Shown here: piece after piece, positions 44,535 to 54,218 of the stretch | How positions within the stretch are numbered: position 1 is the stretch's first letter | Layout of the letters: each line of letters begins with the position of its first letter | The notes under the pieces: model-generated | What the model was told of the DNA's origin: nothing | Seen by the model: only the letters and a program-made list of their open reading frames with translations | Databases searched by the model: none | Program-made: the position numbers and the translations under genes | IMG/VR virus record: IMGVR_UViG_3300031695_000005 | Location: 1 to 63,031 of that record | Direction: 5' to 3' (one strand) | Length of the DNA: 63,031 bases | Source of the DNA: a virus | Lineage: Duplodnaviria; Caudoviricetes

Positions 44535-46355
44535 TTATCTACCTAATCTGAATTTCATTTTGTTGATTAAGTCTGCAGAGAAGCTTTCATTTAATAATGG
44601 TTCAGCTTTTACAGCAGCAGATTCACCAGCAGTTTTACTTTCATTGATTGATTCTAAACTCATTTGAGTGTTTCTTAGATCTCTTGTCTGCCAGAAATTG
44701 TTAATAGCATAAGGAGTACCTAAAGAATGGAATTTAGATTCAGCAATAATTTGTTCTTTTCTATTTTCCGAAAGAGAATTCCATTTATCAGAATATTTTG
44801 ATGGCATATCATTAATAAAATTAATTGCCTTTCTTTCAGTAATAAAACATGAATCCCAAACGTTTTCAGCTTGCATAGTTGACATAATAGAATCTTTGTT
44901 CATTGATTCAACTAATAAAGCTTTTTTGTTATCTTCTAAAGAATCAAATTGATTTCTTTTAGATTCTGATAGGAAATTCATAAAGTGCATTTCAGAAAGA
45001 TTTTTAGTTTCTGCTTTAGAAATTAAGTTTCCTAATTTTTCACTAATAGTATCTTTATAAGATTTAGATTCCTCATGCATACACTTATCACACATTTCTT
45101 TTATTGCACCTTTGTCAGCATCAGGATATTGTTCACATACTTGTTCGTATTTCATTCCTTCTCCCATACATTTAGAAACTTCTTCCAAAGTTGGAGTATA
45201 GCCTTCTTTCATTTTACCATATTCATTAACTGTAGATTCATTAATTGCTTTAGCATTAATAGTAGTTGCATTTTCAGCAATATACTCAGAGTATTTAATA
45301 GATTTGTCTAAACCTTCTCCAAGATATTCAGAGTAAGCAATATTTTGATCTACCTTTTCAGCAACATATTCAGAATATTCAATTCCTTTTTCTAAAGCTT
45401 CTCCTAAATAATTAGAATATTGAATTCCTTTGTCTGCTTGTTCAGCAACATGTTCAGAATATTGAATAGTCTTATCTAGTTCTTCACCTAAGTAAGAAGA
45501 GTAGTTTTTAATTTTATCTACATTCTCTGCTAAGTAGTCAGAGTAAGAGATACTTTTGTCAAGGTTTTCTGATAAGTATTCAGTATAATCAGTTACCTGA
45601 TTTACTTTCTCTGCAATATGCTCAGTATAATTAACTAATTTTTGAATTAGTTCATCACTGTTTGAATTTGCAGATTCCTTAACACCGTCTAATGTATTCT
45701 TTACATATTCGGTGTACTTATTGAAATCCTCAACGGTTACAAAGTTTCCTGAGTTATTTTCCATTGTTAGATCTGTTTTATTTGTTTTATTTATTTCATC
45801 TTCAGTTTCAGCCATTTCATAAATGTATAAACCTTCAGTATCTCCGAAGCCATAAGATTCATTTACTTTAGATAACTCAGCATTTTCAAATCCTGGATCA
45901 GCAACTAAATCATATGTAAAGAATTTTTTAATCTTAACTTTACCAGCCTCATCAACAGTACCAGCAGCTCTACTAGAAATATGCAATGGAATACCATCTT
46001 CTATTAATGCTTGAGCTTCTTTACCTTTTGACGTATTTAGTAATCTTATTCTTCCTAATACTTGTTTCTTTGCTTCATCGTATTTTAAATCTTCGATAAC
46101 ATGAGATACATTTGATAAACTAATATCAAAATCCTTAGGGTGGTCAAGTTCACCTAACAGTTTGTTAGTTTTTACCTTTTCCTGTAATTCTTTAATATGA
46201 GGAAGTACTTCAGCTTCTTCATAAATTCTATTATTTTTATTCTTTACTCCGATCTCAGTAAATACTCCTTCAAGTACAACAGAGCCATCGGCATCTTTAG
46301 TCATACTTAAATTAGACTTAGATCTTTCTAGAATTAAAAGTTTCTTATTAGACAT
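44535..46355 (-). CDS. Prohead protease (gp21-like) fused to a scaffold/core domain
   Basis: LEGVF, KNKNNRIY, GELDHP, SSRAAG and DLVADPGF, followed by repeats and many xNES/xxE sites. Confidence 0.9.
   Translation of the reverse strand: MSNKKLLILERSKSNLSMTKDADGSVVLEGVFTEIGVKNKNNRIYEEAEVLPHIKELQEKVKTNKLLGELDHPKDFDISLSNVSHVIEDLKYDEAKKQVLGRIRLLNTSKGKEAQALIEDGIPLHISSRAAGTVDEAGKVKIKKFFTYDLVADPGFENAELSKVNESYGFGDTEGLYIYEMAETEDEINKTNKTDLTMENNSGNFVTVEDFNKYTEYVKNTLDGVKESANSNSDELIQKLVNYTEHIAEKVNQVTDYTEYLSENLDKSISYSDYLAENVDKIKNYSSYLGEELDKTIQYSEHVAEQADKGIQYSNYLGEALEKGIEYSEYVAEKVDQNIAYSEYLGEGLDKSIKYSEYIAENATTINAKAINESTVNEYGKMKEGYTPTLEEVSKCMGEGMKYEQVCEQYPDADKGAIKEMCDKCMHEESKSYKDTISEKLGNLISKAETKNLSEMHFMNFLSESKRNQFDSLEDNKKALLVESMNKDSIMSTMQAENVWDSCFITERKAINFINDMPSKYSDKWNSLSENRKEQIIAESKFHSLGTPYAINNFWQTRDLRNTQMSLESINESKTAGESAAVKAEPLLNESFSADLINKMKFRLGR
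45258..45635 (-). repeat. Nine tandem 14-aa repeats, consensus IxYSEYLAExxDKx
   Basis: VNYTEHIAEKVNQV / TDYTEYLSENLDKS / ISYSDYLAENVDKI / ... / IKYSEYIAENATTI. Confidence 0.9.
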
Positions 46356-46401
46356 CTTTCTAGTATTAATTTGATTTATATATTACAACTCTTAATAGTT
46401 T

Positions 46402-48048
46402 TTAGATATCCGCTAACGGATCATCATCTATACCATCACTTTTTTCCTCAGGCTTAAAATCCTTCTTGTTTGCTCCTAAAAGTATCTTTTCAATATCCTC
46501 TTCTTTAAAACCTTCAGTTCTAAGTTCTTCACGCTCTTTAGCTCGAGCATTTGCTTTGATATCATCACGTGTAAATCCACCATATCTCTTAATTAAGAAT
46601 CCTAAATCAAAATATGGTATTTCTTCCATTTCAGCATTCATTGTGCTTAATTGAGTTTTTAGATTACCAATAAAATCAACACGTTTTGTTTGGAGTTCCA
46701 TTTCCTTCATTTCTTCAAACACGTTATCCTTTATAAAATTCAATCCTAACCCAGCCTTAAATGCAATGTCATTTTTTAATTCTGGATGATTAAGACACAT
46801 TTGAAGATATACAGGCTTAACTAATATTTCTTGGAATATTGATCTTAGTCTTGAAATAAACCTTCCAAACTTAATTTCATCCCTTAACATACCACTTGCT
46901 TCCATATCATATGTATTACCACCTTCTCTATCAAATCTAGAAAATGGTATTTTAGATGCAAGTTGTAATTTATCAGAAAAGTATTTTAAAGATTCAGTAT
47001 CACCTAAATCTGGTCCATCACCACCAATTGTTTGAATCTCTGGTGATTCACCATCCTTTGAAGGTAACCAGTATTCTTTGTTAAACGGCATCATTGGTTT
47101 ACCGTTAGTTTGTATTTCACCACTTTCAAAATTAAAATCTACAACCTCGCGGTATGAATTCATTAATGTTGATAATGATTGTTTTGCTCTAGTTTTAGAT
47201 TTACCACCAACTGGGATAGTAAATTGAGTTTTAAATGAAGCATTTGACACAGCCCAGATAATTCTACTGTGTTCCATTATTCTTAATAAGTTAAATGATC
47301 TGATTAATCTTTCAACATATGATATTCTCATTGGAGAATTAACTTGTGAATATGAAAGGTATATTATTTGTGAATCCCATAACTGTCTTTCTTTTCCGCC
47401 TTCACCTTTATATTGAATCCAAACTTTTTTACCATCATCAGAATCAATACCTGGCATTAATGATATTGGATCTAATTCTTTAAATCCTATAATTTCAGTT
47501 TGTTTATCATTATAAACTATTTCAAATGCAAGATAACCATCAATCATCCATTTTCTAAAATAATTCCAAGGCTGTACTGCATCATTAAAACCAATGTAAT
47601 TGTAGATATTATTATATACATCACTAATTTCTTCTTCTATAGATTCACCAATATGACCATTAAATTCAGCATAAGCCATAAAATTTGATTCATCAAATAC
47701 AATAGCCTCATCTGTAATTACATCTAATATTTCTTCTATTTCATCTTGTACTGCAAATGTTCTAAGCTGATCTCTTTTTCTTGTATAATCTTGATCAAAA
47801 AATGCAATGTTTTTCTTTAATGTAGTATCTGTTAATGATAGTGCAGCAAATGCACCATACATATCATCGCTATCAGATCCCATAGGATTAAATGAATAAC
47901 CCATTTGATTTTCAGTAAATCCTACTGCACGAGAATTACGAATGATCATATCATCATAAGCCATTCCTAAATTAGAAAGATCTTTAAGGATTTTTCTTAC
48001 TGGATTACCTGTACTTAAAGGACCTCTTCTATCTGTAAAACCTGCCAT
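46402..48048 (-). CDS. Portal protein (gp20-like)
   Basis: FRKWMIDG, NLLRIME, EYWLP, LKYF...SKIPFSR and RDEIKF. Confidence 0.93.
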   Translation of the reverse strand: MAGFTDRRGPLSTGNPVRKILKDLSNLGMAYDDMIIRNSRAVGFTENQMGYSFNPMGSDSDDMYGAFAALSLTDTTLKKNIAFFDQDYTRKRDQLRTFAVQDEIEEILDVITDEAIVFDESNFMAYAEFNGHIGESIEEEISDVYNNIYNYIGFNDAVQPWNYFRKWMIDGYLAFEIVYNDKQTEIIGFKELDPISLMPGIDSDDGKKVWIQYKGEGGKERQLWDSQIIYLSYSQVNSPMRISYVERLIRSFNLLRIMEHSRIIWAVSNASFKTQFTIPVGGKSKTRAKQSLSTLMNSYREVVDFNFESGEIQTNGKPMMPFNKEYWLPSKDGESPEIQTIGGDGPDLGDTESLKYFSDKLQLASKIPFSRFDREGGNTYDMEASGMLRDEIKFGRFISRLRSIFQEILVKPVYLQMCLNHPELKNDIAFKAGLGLNFIKDNVFEEMKEMELQTKRVDFIGNLKTQLSTMNAEMEEIPYFDLGFLIKRYGGFTRDDIKANARAKEREELRTEGFKEEDIEKILLGANKKDFKPEEKSDGIDDDPLADI

Positions 48049-48067
48049 ATTGTTATTTTTTATTATT

Positions 48068-48634
48068 TTATATATTCTTGTAGTATAATGATTGTGCTTG
48101 GTTTATATTTCCACCAAAAAATTGATCTTCATTATTTACTGCTCCAATGTACCAATCACTATATCCTATCACATAAGGATTTTTCATTCGATCCATTCTG
48201 TACTGTCTTACACAGTATGTTAAATTGTATTTTGTACCAAGTGCTCTTTTTAAAAATTTCCACTGAAAGCTTGGAATAGGATCTTCTTTTAATGGATCTT
48301 CTTCTTTCTTACCTTCTATTTGAGTAAATAAAGTTTTTGTTAATTCAGTTAAAAATGGAATCCTAGCTTCATACGGCATATAATGTAAATTAATACCTAA
48401 TTGGTGTCCATCGTCAGATTCGCCTAAACCTATTACTAAAGGTTTTGTATCATAAAAGTATTCTTGTGTTGTATAATAATTAAAACAATACATCTTACCT
48501 GGTAATAAAGAACCTTTGCTTTTAGCACCCATTAATTTAATATCTTCAATTGATCTTTTGGATGCACCAGTCCTACCTTTACTTTCAGTAAGGTAAATAT
48601 TAAGGTCATTTGTAAATCTATGCTCTAAAGCCAT
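48068..48634 (-). CDS. DNA end protector (gp2-like)
   Basis: PGKMYCFNY, YDTKPLV, GINLHYMP and VRQY. Confidence 0.8.
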   Translation of the reverse strand: MALEHRFTNDLNIYLTESKGRTGASKRSIEDIKLMGAKSKGSLLPGKMYCFNYYTTQEYFYDTKPLVIGLGESDDGHQLGINLHYMPYEARIPFLTELTKTLFTQIEGKKEEDPLKEDPIPSFQWKFLKRALGTKYNLTYCVRQYRMDRMKNPYVIGYSDWYIGAVNNEDQFFGGNINQAQSLYYKNI

Positions 48635-49113
48635 TAAAATAAATTTGATTCTTCTGTTAGTAACATTACTTTACAATTTCTTTCTTTTGCCATTTTATTT
48701 AAAGCATTAGTTTTACATAAATTTCTAACATATGATTCATATGCATATTTAAAATTTTTTAATGCCTTTGCCGTTTTTCTCTTAGGTTCTTTTGGTTTTT
48801 GCAACTGAGCCTTAGGTTTTATTTCGACTACATATTCCTGTGTAGTTCCATCTCCCTTTTTCATTTTAAAGAAAAAATCTGGATAATACTTATGCCACTT
48901 ATTATCTAGTAGACTAAAGTAAGGTATTGAAAATGGTTCTGATATCCAATAAATAACATCTATATTATGATCGCACCAATGGCAAAACTTTCTTTCCCAA
49001 CTACTTCTGTATATAATAGGATCTCCTCCTCTATACTTTTGAGGAAACTTTGGTTTATAATAACCTTGTTTAAATCCAGACTTAGATGTAGGCTTTACCT
49101 TTTTAATGCTCAT
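48634..49113 (-). CDS. Head completion nuclease (gp4-like)
   Basis: PQKYRG, IYRSSWE, WISEP, YYPDF, EIKP and LTE. Confidence 0.9.
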   Translation of the reverse strand: MSIKKVKPTSKSGFKQGYYKPKFPQKYRGGDPIIYRSSWERKFCHWCDHNIDVIYWISEPFSIPYFSLLDNKWHKYYPDFFFKMKKGDGTTQEYVVEIKPKAQLQKPKEPKRKTAKALKNFKYAYESYVRNLCKTNALNKMAKERNCKVMLLTEESNLF

Positions 49114-49119
49114 ACAATG

Positions 49120-49485
49120 TTATATTGTATAAATACCTTCGCTATCAGCACTACCATTAATCGAAACAGTACCATGATATTTTTTAGGATGTAATTTATT
49201 CCAACCTTTTGCAAATCCTCTTTTAGCTATTTCAGTAAAATAAGCAAATGCATTTGTACTTTTTTCTGGATTAAAATTTCTCCAATATCTATAAAGATCC
49301 ATATAAGCATAAGCAATACAATCTTGCCTATCTTCTGGGTTTCTATATGTTAGCTTCATAGAACATTTGTCTGCCAATAGCATTAAGAATTCTAAGGCCT
49401 TTGGTGTAAGTTCATCCAATTCTTTAGATAATACTATCTGATCTAGGAGGTCTCTGTTGTTTAGATAATTTCTTTTTCTTGCCAT
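49120..49485 (-). CDS. Late-transcription sigma factor (gp55-like, region 2 only)
   Basis: NYLNNRDL and NFNPEKSTNAFAYFTEIAKRGF. Confidence 0.85.
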   Translation of the reverse strand: MARKRNYLNNRDLLDQIVLSKELDELTPKALEFLMLLADKCSMKLTYRNPEDRQDCIAYAYMDLYRYWRNFNPEKSTNAFAYFTEIAKRGFAKGWNKLHPKKYHGTVSINGSADSEGIYTI

Positions 49486-49516
49486 TAACTTTGATTTATT
49501 TATTATTTATATACAA

Positions 49517-49552
49517 GAATGAACCGATTGTTTAAATTCAATCGGTTCATTC
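49517..49552. promoter_or_regulatory. Perfect 14-bp inverted repeat overlapping the late-sigma promoter
   Basis: GAATGAACCGATTG-N8-CAATCGGTTCATTC. Confidence 0.75.
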
Positions 49553-49580
49553 AATATATTATTATAGTTAGGCTTGTTTA

Positions 49581-51461
49581 TTAGATACTTACAGAAAGAT
49601 CAGACTTAGGAAGTACTACACCTTTACCGTTTTTAGGAATAATAACACTTAACATATCCTCATCTCCTAGAGAAGCATACTCTTCAGCACTTACTAAAAC
49701 TTCTTGGCCTTTTTTTAGACCTTGTCCATTCTTTTTGATTGTTGCTTCTACGAAACCATCGTTTAAATAGTCACTCTTACTTTTTTTTTCAGAAATATAA
49801 CTATCAGCTAATTCTTTTTCTTTAACTTTATGCTCTTCAGCTAAAAGATTTAAAGCTTCAGATAATTCTTCAGTTGCACCTAATTTTTTAATTGCAGCTT
49901 CTACTTCAGATTTCTTTTCTTCTAAAAAGGTAAGAGTCTCAGAAAGTTCTTTTCTTTTATTTTCAATGATAGCCTTTTCATTATTCTCTGAAATTAATTT
50001 TTCAGAAAGAATTGGAGAAATATCAAAATTAATAAATTCCATTACCACATCAACAGTTTCTGTTGCAGTATTAAACTTTATCATTTCATTTAATTGCATA
50101 CCAGGATTTACCTTATTAATATAGATACCTTCATCTACATTAATCATAGTTAAAAATACATCAGAAAATTGTTGATTTTGAATTGTAGTAAAATCATCTA
50201 GTTCGCAAACTAAATCAACGCTTTCAAAGAATTTGCAAATTTTATCATTTTGCCATTGGTTTTTATAACCTGAAAAGTTAGTTGCCAATAATGTTTCTTT
50301 TAATTCGATTATACTTACATTAGATAAATTAATTTTACCCATGCTTAAAGTTCCTTCAGTAATATCATAAGTTAATGTTTTACCATTATCTCCATGTAGT
50401 GAAAGAATATCTCCACTTCTTGTAAACATTTTTAATCCTTCAGATACATCGAAGAATCTTGTATCAGTTACATTAGCTTCAACAATAGATTTTCCATTAA
50501 AAGTATAATTCTTATTATGTAATTGGAAAGTTAAACCATTTTCAGATTCTAAAACTGGAGAAAGAATTTTTACAATTTTTCCGTTTGCAGTAGATGCTAC
50601 TTTTTGATCTTCAGCATTCATTTCATTTACAATTTGCTTAACATCAACTGACCAAGGATTCTTAGCAGCAATTGCAGCAAATTTAGATTTAACATCTGAT
50701 TCATTTAATAAAGAAACTAAATCATTATTTAATGATTCGATTAATTTACCTTTTTTCATTGATGTTCTTTCAACAGATTCGCTAATTCTAAATTGCCATT
50801 TAGCATTATTATAAGATTCCATTATATACTCTCTTAACTCAGAAATTGGATTTAACCAAGTTGACTGAGATAGTTTAGTATACAAATTTCTTGCAATTTT
50901 AAATTTAAGATTAGGGTCAGTAGAATTTTCTAATTCTTCGCTGATTGCAGAAAGGTCAGCATTTTTTAATTTCATAGGGAATGCATTTAATGCTTCCTCT
51001 AAAACAGTTAAGGATTCTTTAACAGAATATGAAACTCTGGAATTATCATTATCCATTGCTTTCAATCCGTTAATACTATCCATAACGTTCTCATACAGAT
51101 CGGTAATTGTAAAGTTCATATTGTTATGATTTTTTTGATTATTATTTTCAGTGTATATATCGGATGGAGCTTGTTGCTGTTCTCGATATTTTGCTATTGA
51201 TGAAATTCCCATTTGCTGAGGGATGCCCATTCCAACCAAAATAGCTAATACTTGTTCATCTGTCATTGGTCCACCAGTTAAAATTTTACCTTTACCGTCT
51301 GGTTTAGATTTACCACTTTGACTGAATAACACCTGGATTATATCCATTAGCTGTTGCCTTGGCTTGTTTAAATAGGCAGCATCAGTATCAATACCTGCTT
51401 GGGGATTTATTCCACCATCAGTATATACCTGAGTTTGTCCTTCGTTCATTGTGTTTTTCAT
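49581..51461 (-). CDS. Putative prohead core or structural protein
   Basis: Late promoter at 51484..51491; many protease-type sites (MNEG, ISES, LNES, ISEK); C-terminal coiled coil. Confidence 0.55.
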   Translation of the reverse strand: MKNTMNEGQTQVYTDGGINPQAGIDTDAAYLNKPRQQLMDIIQVLFSQSGKSKPDGKGKILTGGPMTDEQVLAILVGMGIPQQMGISSIAKYREQQQAPSDIYTENNNQKNHNNMNFTITDLYENVMDSINGLKAMDNDNSRVSYSVKESLTVLEEALNAFPMKLKNADLSAISEELENSTDPNLKFKIARNLYTKLSQSTWLNPISELREYIMESYNNAKWQFRISESVERTSMKKGKLIESLNNDLVSLLNESDVKSKFAAIAAKNPWSVDVKQIVNEMNAEDQKVASTANGKIVKILSPVLESENGLTFQLHNKNYTFNGKSIVEANVTDTRFFDVSEGLKMFTRSGDILSLHGDNGKTLTYDITEGTLSMGKINLSNVSIIELKETLLATNFSGYKNQWQNDKICKFFESVDLVCELDDFTTIQNQQFSDVFLTMINVDEGIYINKVNPGMQLNEMIKFNTATETVDVVMEFINFDISPILSEKLISENNEKAIIENKRKELSETLTFLEEKKSEVEAAIKKLGATEELSEALNLLAEEHKVKEKELADSYISEKKSKSDYLNDGFVEATIKKNGQGLKKGQEVLVSAEEYASLGDEDMLSVIIPKNGKGVVLPKSDLSVSI

Positions 51462-51516
51462 ATTACACTTATTTGATTTGTTTTATATATTCTAAGTCTT
51501 GACTGTTAATTGCTTA

Positions 51517-52518
51517 TCACTTTCCAAAGCCATCATCTACACTTCCTAAGCCTGATTCATCTACTTTTGGTATTGCATCTGCATTTCTATAATTTAAGCT
51601 TTCTAATGATTCAGGTACTATTGGGGCTGATGTTAATATTGATTCTGAATAAGGACCACCTGTTTGAATAGAATCTGGGTTAATGTATCCTTTATTACTA
51701 AACGTTCCGCTAGGTTGTACTTTTAATAAGCTTTCTTGTGACAGCTGGAATTTTTGGAATACTCCACCGAAGTAAATACCTATTTCATTATCAATACCTG
51801 ATCTTAGCATACCTACACCTTGTGCAGTAGGGTTAGCTTTAATTGCAGCCTTAGTCATAAGACTAACCTCAGGTATTAAAATACCCTGTTCAAACACTGG
51901 CATAAATGAAGAAACTTCTATTGGAAAGGTTACGCTCCATTCTTTTTTATCATTTAATTGGAATTCAAATAATCTATTTTGTGTATAATCCTCAGGAACT
52001 GCAAAAGATGCCTGTACCCTCATCATACCTAAATCTACTTGAAACAAATTATTTTTATATAATTTGCTCATAAGTGATTCAGTTACTTTTAACATTTCTA
52101 AATTCGATGAACATACAACTGTACAATCAAAAGATATATTTAAAGGTAAGAAATTTGTTTCTAAAGAAAATGTTTTTAATACACCTTCCCACTCTTGAAC
52201 AAATTCACCTCTAGCAAACTTATTTGTTTGATTACCCGAATCTATGGATATACCATTTAATTGTATTATACCTCTTGGTACAACTTCATAATCACCTATA
52301 GCTTTACCTTTAGCTTCTGCATCAAAAAGAAAATTATCCATTAAAAACCTGCCATCTCCTGTTATTGAATAAAAGAAAGGGACTGGTATTTTCTTTAAAG
52401 TATCTTCATCTATTTGATTATAATAGTAAACTTTATCTTTTAGATCTGCTAAAAGAGCTACTATCATATAACGTAAGATTGTGTTGTCCTTATTATATTC
52501 CTGATTATATGCTGACAT
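51517..52518 (-). CDS. Tail sheath stabiliser/terminator (gp15-like)
   Basis: KKIPVPFFY, VPRG and PLNISF pattern; late motif GATAAATA at 52545..52552. Confidence 0.6.
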   Translation of the reverse strand: MSAYNQEYNKDNTILRYMIVALLADLKDKVYYYNQIDEDTLKKIPVPFFYSITGDGRFLMDNFLFDAEAKGKAIGDYEVVPRGIIQLNGISIDSGNQTNKFARGEFVQEWEGVLKTFSLETNFLPLNISFDCTVVCSSNLEMLKVTESLMSKLYKNNLFQVDLGMMRVQASFAVPEDYTQNRLFEFQLNDKKEWSVTFPIEVSSFMPVFEQGILIPEVSLMTKAAIKANPTAQGVGMLRSGIDNEIGIYFGGVFQKFQLSQESLLKVQPSGTFSNKGYINPDSIQTGGPYSESILTSAPIVPESLESLNYRNADAIPKVDESGLGSVDDGFGK

Positions 52519-52547
52519 CTATGATATTAATTTTTCTTGTAGTATAT

Positions 52548-54218
52548 TTATCCAATAGATTCAATTGTAAATTCGCTAAATCCACCATCTTTTGTAATTT
52601 CTAATTTTTTATCAAAGTATTCACTAGGTAATACTGTATGATTAATAACAAATGTATTAAGCCCGATATCCTGGATTGTATTATGAAGTATGTTAACTAT
52701 ATGATGTACACCATCTGAATCAATGGAAGAAAAGATTTCATCTAAGAATAAAATATTAAGAGATGGGAATCTAACTTTAATCATTTTCATTAATGCCATG
52801 ATAATTACAAAATCTACTTTTTTCTTTTCACCAGTACTTAATGTCTTTGGGCTTATCTCTGTTCCTAGATGATGTAATGTACAAAAGAATTTTTCATTAA
52901 ATCGTATACCAAAAGGAATTCCCATTTCCCTACCCATTAAAAGAATATGATTATTAAATGACGGAAGAATAGATCTTACTGCTAGATTTTTAATACCATC
53001 CTCGCCCATTAAATTTTCTAAGATAGTTAAATAATAATCTTCTCCTTCACTTTTTAACTTATCTGTTGACTTTTCTGTTTTACGAGTATTAAAATCTTTT
53101 ACTAAATGTTTTAAATCAGATGAAGAATCGGATTCATCTTTATCTGCTAATTCAATTAACTTAGATTTAATATTTTCCATAGAAACTTCTAATTGACCAG
53201 CCTTTACATGTATTTGTCTACCTTTAAGCCTTAGGTCATTTAATTTACTAATAGAATCTTCATATGCAATTTTAACGCTTTCATATTGTTCATTAAGACT
53301 TATTAAAGAACCTTCTTTTTCTTTTTTAATTTCCAAATGAAAATCAGAAGTTAATGGTGCAGTACATGTAGGGCATGTTGAATTTTCAAACAATTTTAAA
53401 TCTTGCTTAATATTAGAAATTTTATTAGTCAATGTAGAATGTTCTGATGACTTATTTCTAGATTCTTTATCTAAAGACTCTAGTTTTGTTTTAGTTAATT
53501 CAGTAAAGTTATTTAATTTTTTTCGGTTTTCATTCAATGCAATTAAATCCTCCTTTAATTTTTTAACCTTAGAAGCATCTTTTTCTGCTGTTAATAATTC
53601 TATTTGTTCTATTTTATCATATACTGAACCTATAGATTCATTAAGAGTTCTTATCTCATCTTCATAAGTTCTAATTTCTCCAATAATACCTCTACGCTTT
53701 TCCTTAATAGCTTCAGCCATTTCATTAATAATAGAAAAACCAAATATCTTATCTATGATTCTTTTTTTATCATAAGGAGACATTGTTATAAATGATTTAA
53801 AATCATTAACGGATAAAATAATTACATTCTTAAAAACATGATAAGGTATTTCATATATCTCTGTTTCTAAAAAATCTTGTAGGTTTACTTTACCAGCAAC
53901 ATCATAATCTTCACCATTAATTTTTACATTAAATATTCCTGGATTAATTCCACGCTCTATTTCAATTGCATTACCTTTAGATTCTAACCAAATCTTTCCA
54001 TACAGTGCGCCATTAACTCTATTTGGTAAATCCTTTAAAGAACTACCTTCTACTTTACCATAACATAAATATGTAATTACCTTTGCTAAAGTACTCTTAC
54101 CAGCACCATTACCACCTAAGACTAAATATAAATTACTTTTTTCTTTTTCAAAGTCTATTACCTGCAGCCTGTTACCATAGCTTGCAAAATTCTTAAACTC
54201 TACTTTTTTAATCTTCAT
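52548..54218 (-). CDS. Recombination ATPase (gp46/SbcC/Rad50)
   Basis: FKNFASYGN, GGNGAGKST, zinc hook CPTC, LSTGEK and LFLDEIFSSID. Confidence 0.95.
   Translation of the reverse strand: MKIKKVEFKNFASYGNRLQVIDFEKEKSNLYLVLGGNGAGKSTLAKVITYLCYGKVEGSSLKDLPNRVNGALYGKIWLESKGNAIEIERGINPGIFNVKINGEDYDVAGKVNLQDFLETEIYEIPYHVFKNVIILSVNDFKSFITMSPYDKKRIIDKIFGFSIINEMAEAIKEKRRGIIGEIRTYEDEIRTLNESIGSVYDKIEQIELLTAEKDASKVKKLKEDLIALNENRKKLNNFTELTKTKLESLDKESRNKSSEHSTLTNKISNIKQDLKLFENSTCPTCTAPLTSDFHLEIKKEKEGSLISLNEQYESVKIAYEDSISKLNDLRLKGRQIHVKAGQLEVSMENIKSKLIELADKDESDSSSDLKHLVKDFNTRKTEKSTDKLKSEGEDYYLTILENLMGEDGIKNLAVRSILPSFNNHILLMGREMGIPFGIRFNEKFFCTLHHLGTEISPKTLSTGEKKKVDFVIIMALMKMIKVRFPSLNILFLDEIFSSIDSDGVHHIVNILHNTIQDIGLNTFVINHTVLPSEYFDKKLEITKDGGFSEFTIESIG

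Larger units (their letters stand above)
3670..52552 (-). promoter_or_regulatory. Dispersed late-promoter motif RATAWATA
   Basis: Copies at 3670, 8390, 12890, 26603, 27249, 30547, 33251, 35575, 42456, 46377, 48069, 51484 and 52545 (minus) and 39136 (plus), each a short distance upstream of a start codon. Confidence 0.75.

Noticed and set aside
45258-45635. Periodic 42-nt DNA pattern as a CRISPR or non-coding repeat
   Set aside because: It is in-frame protein repeat coding with synonymous variation and no spacers
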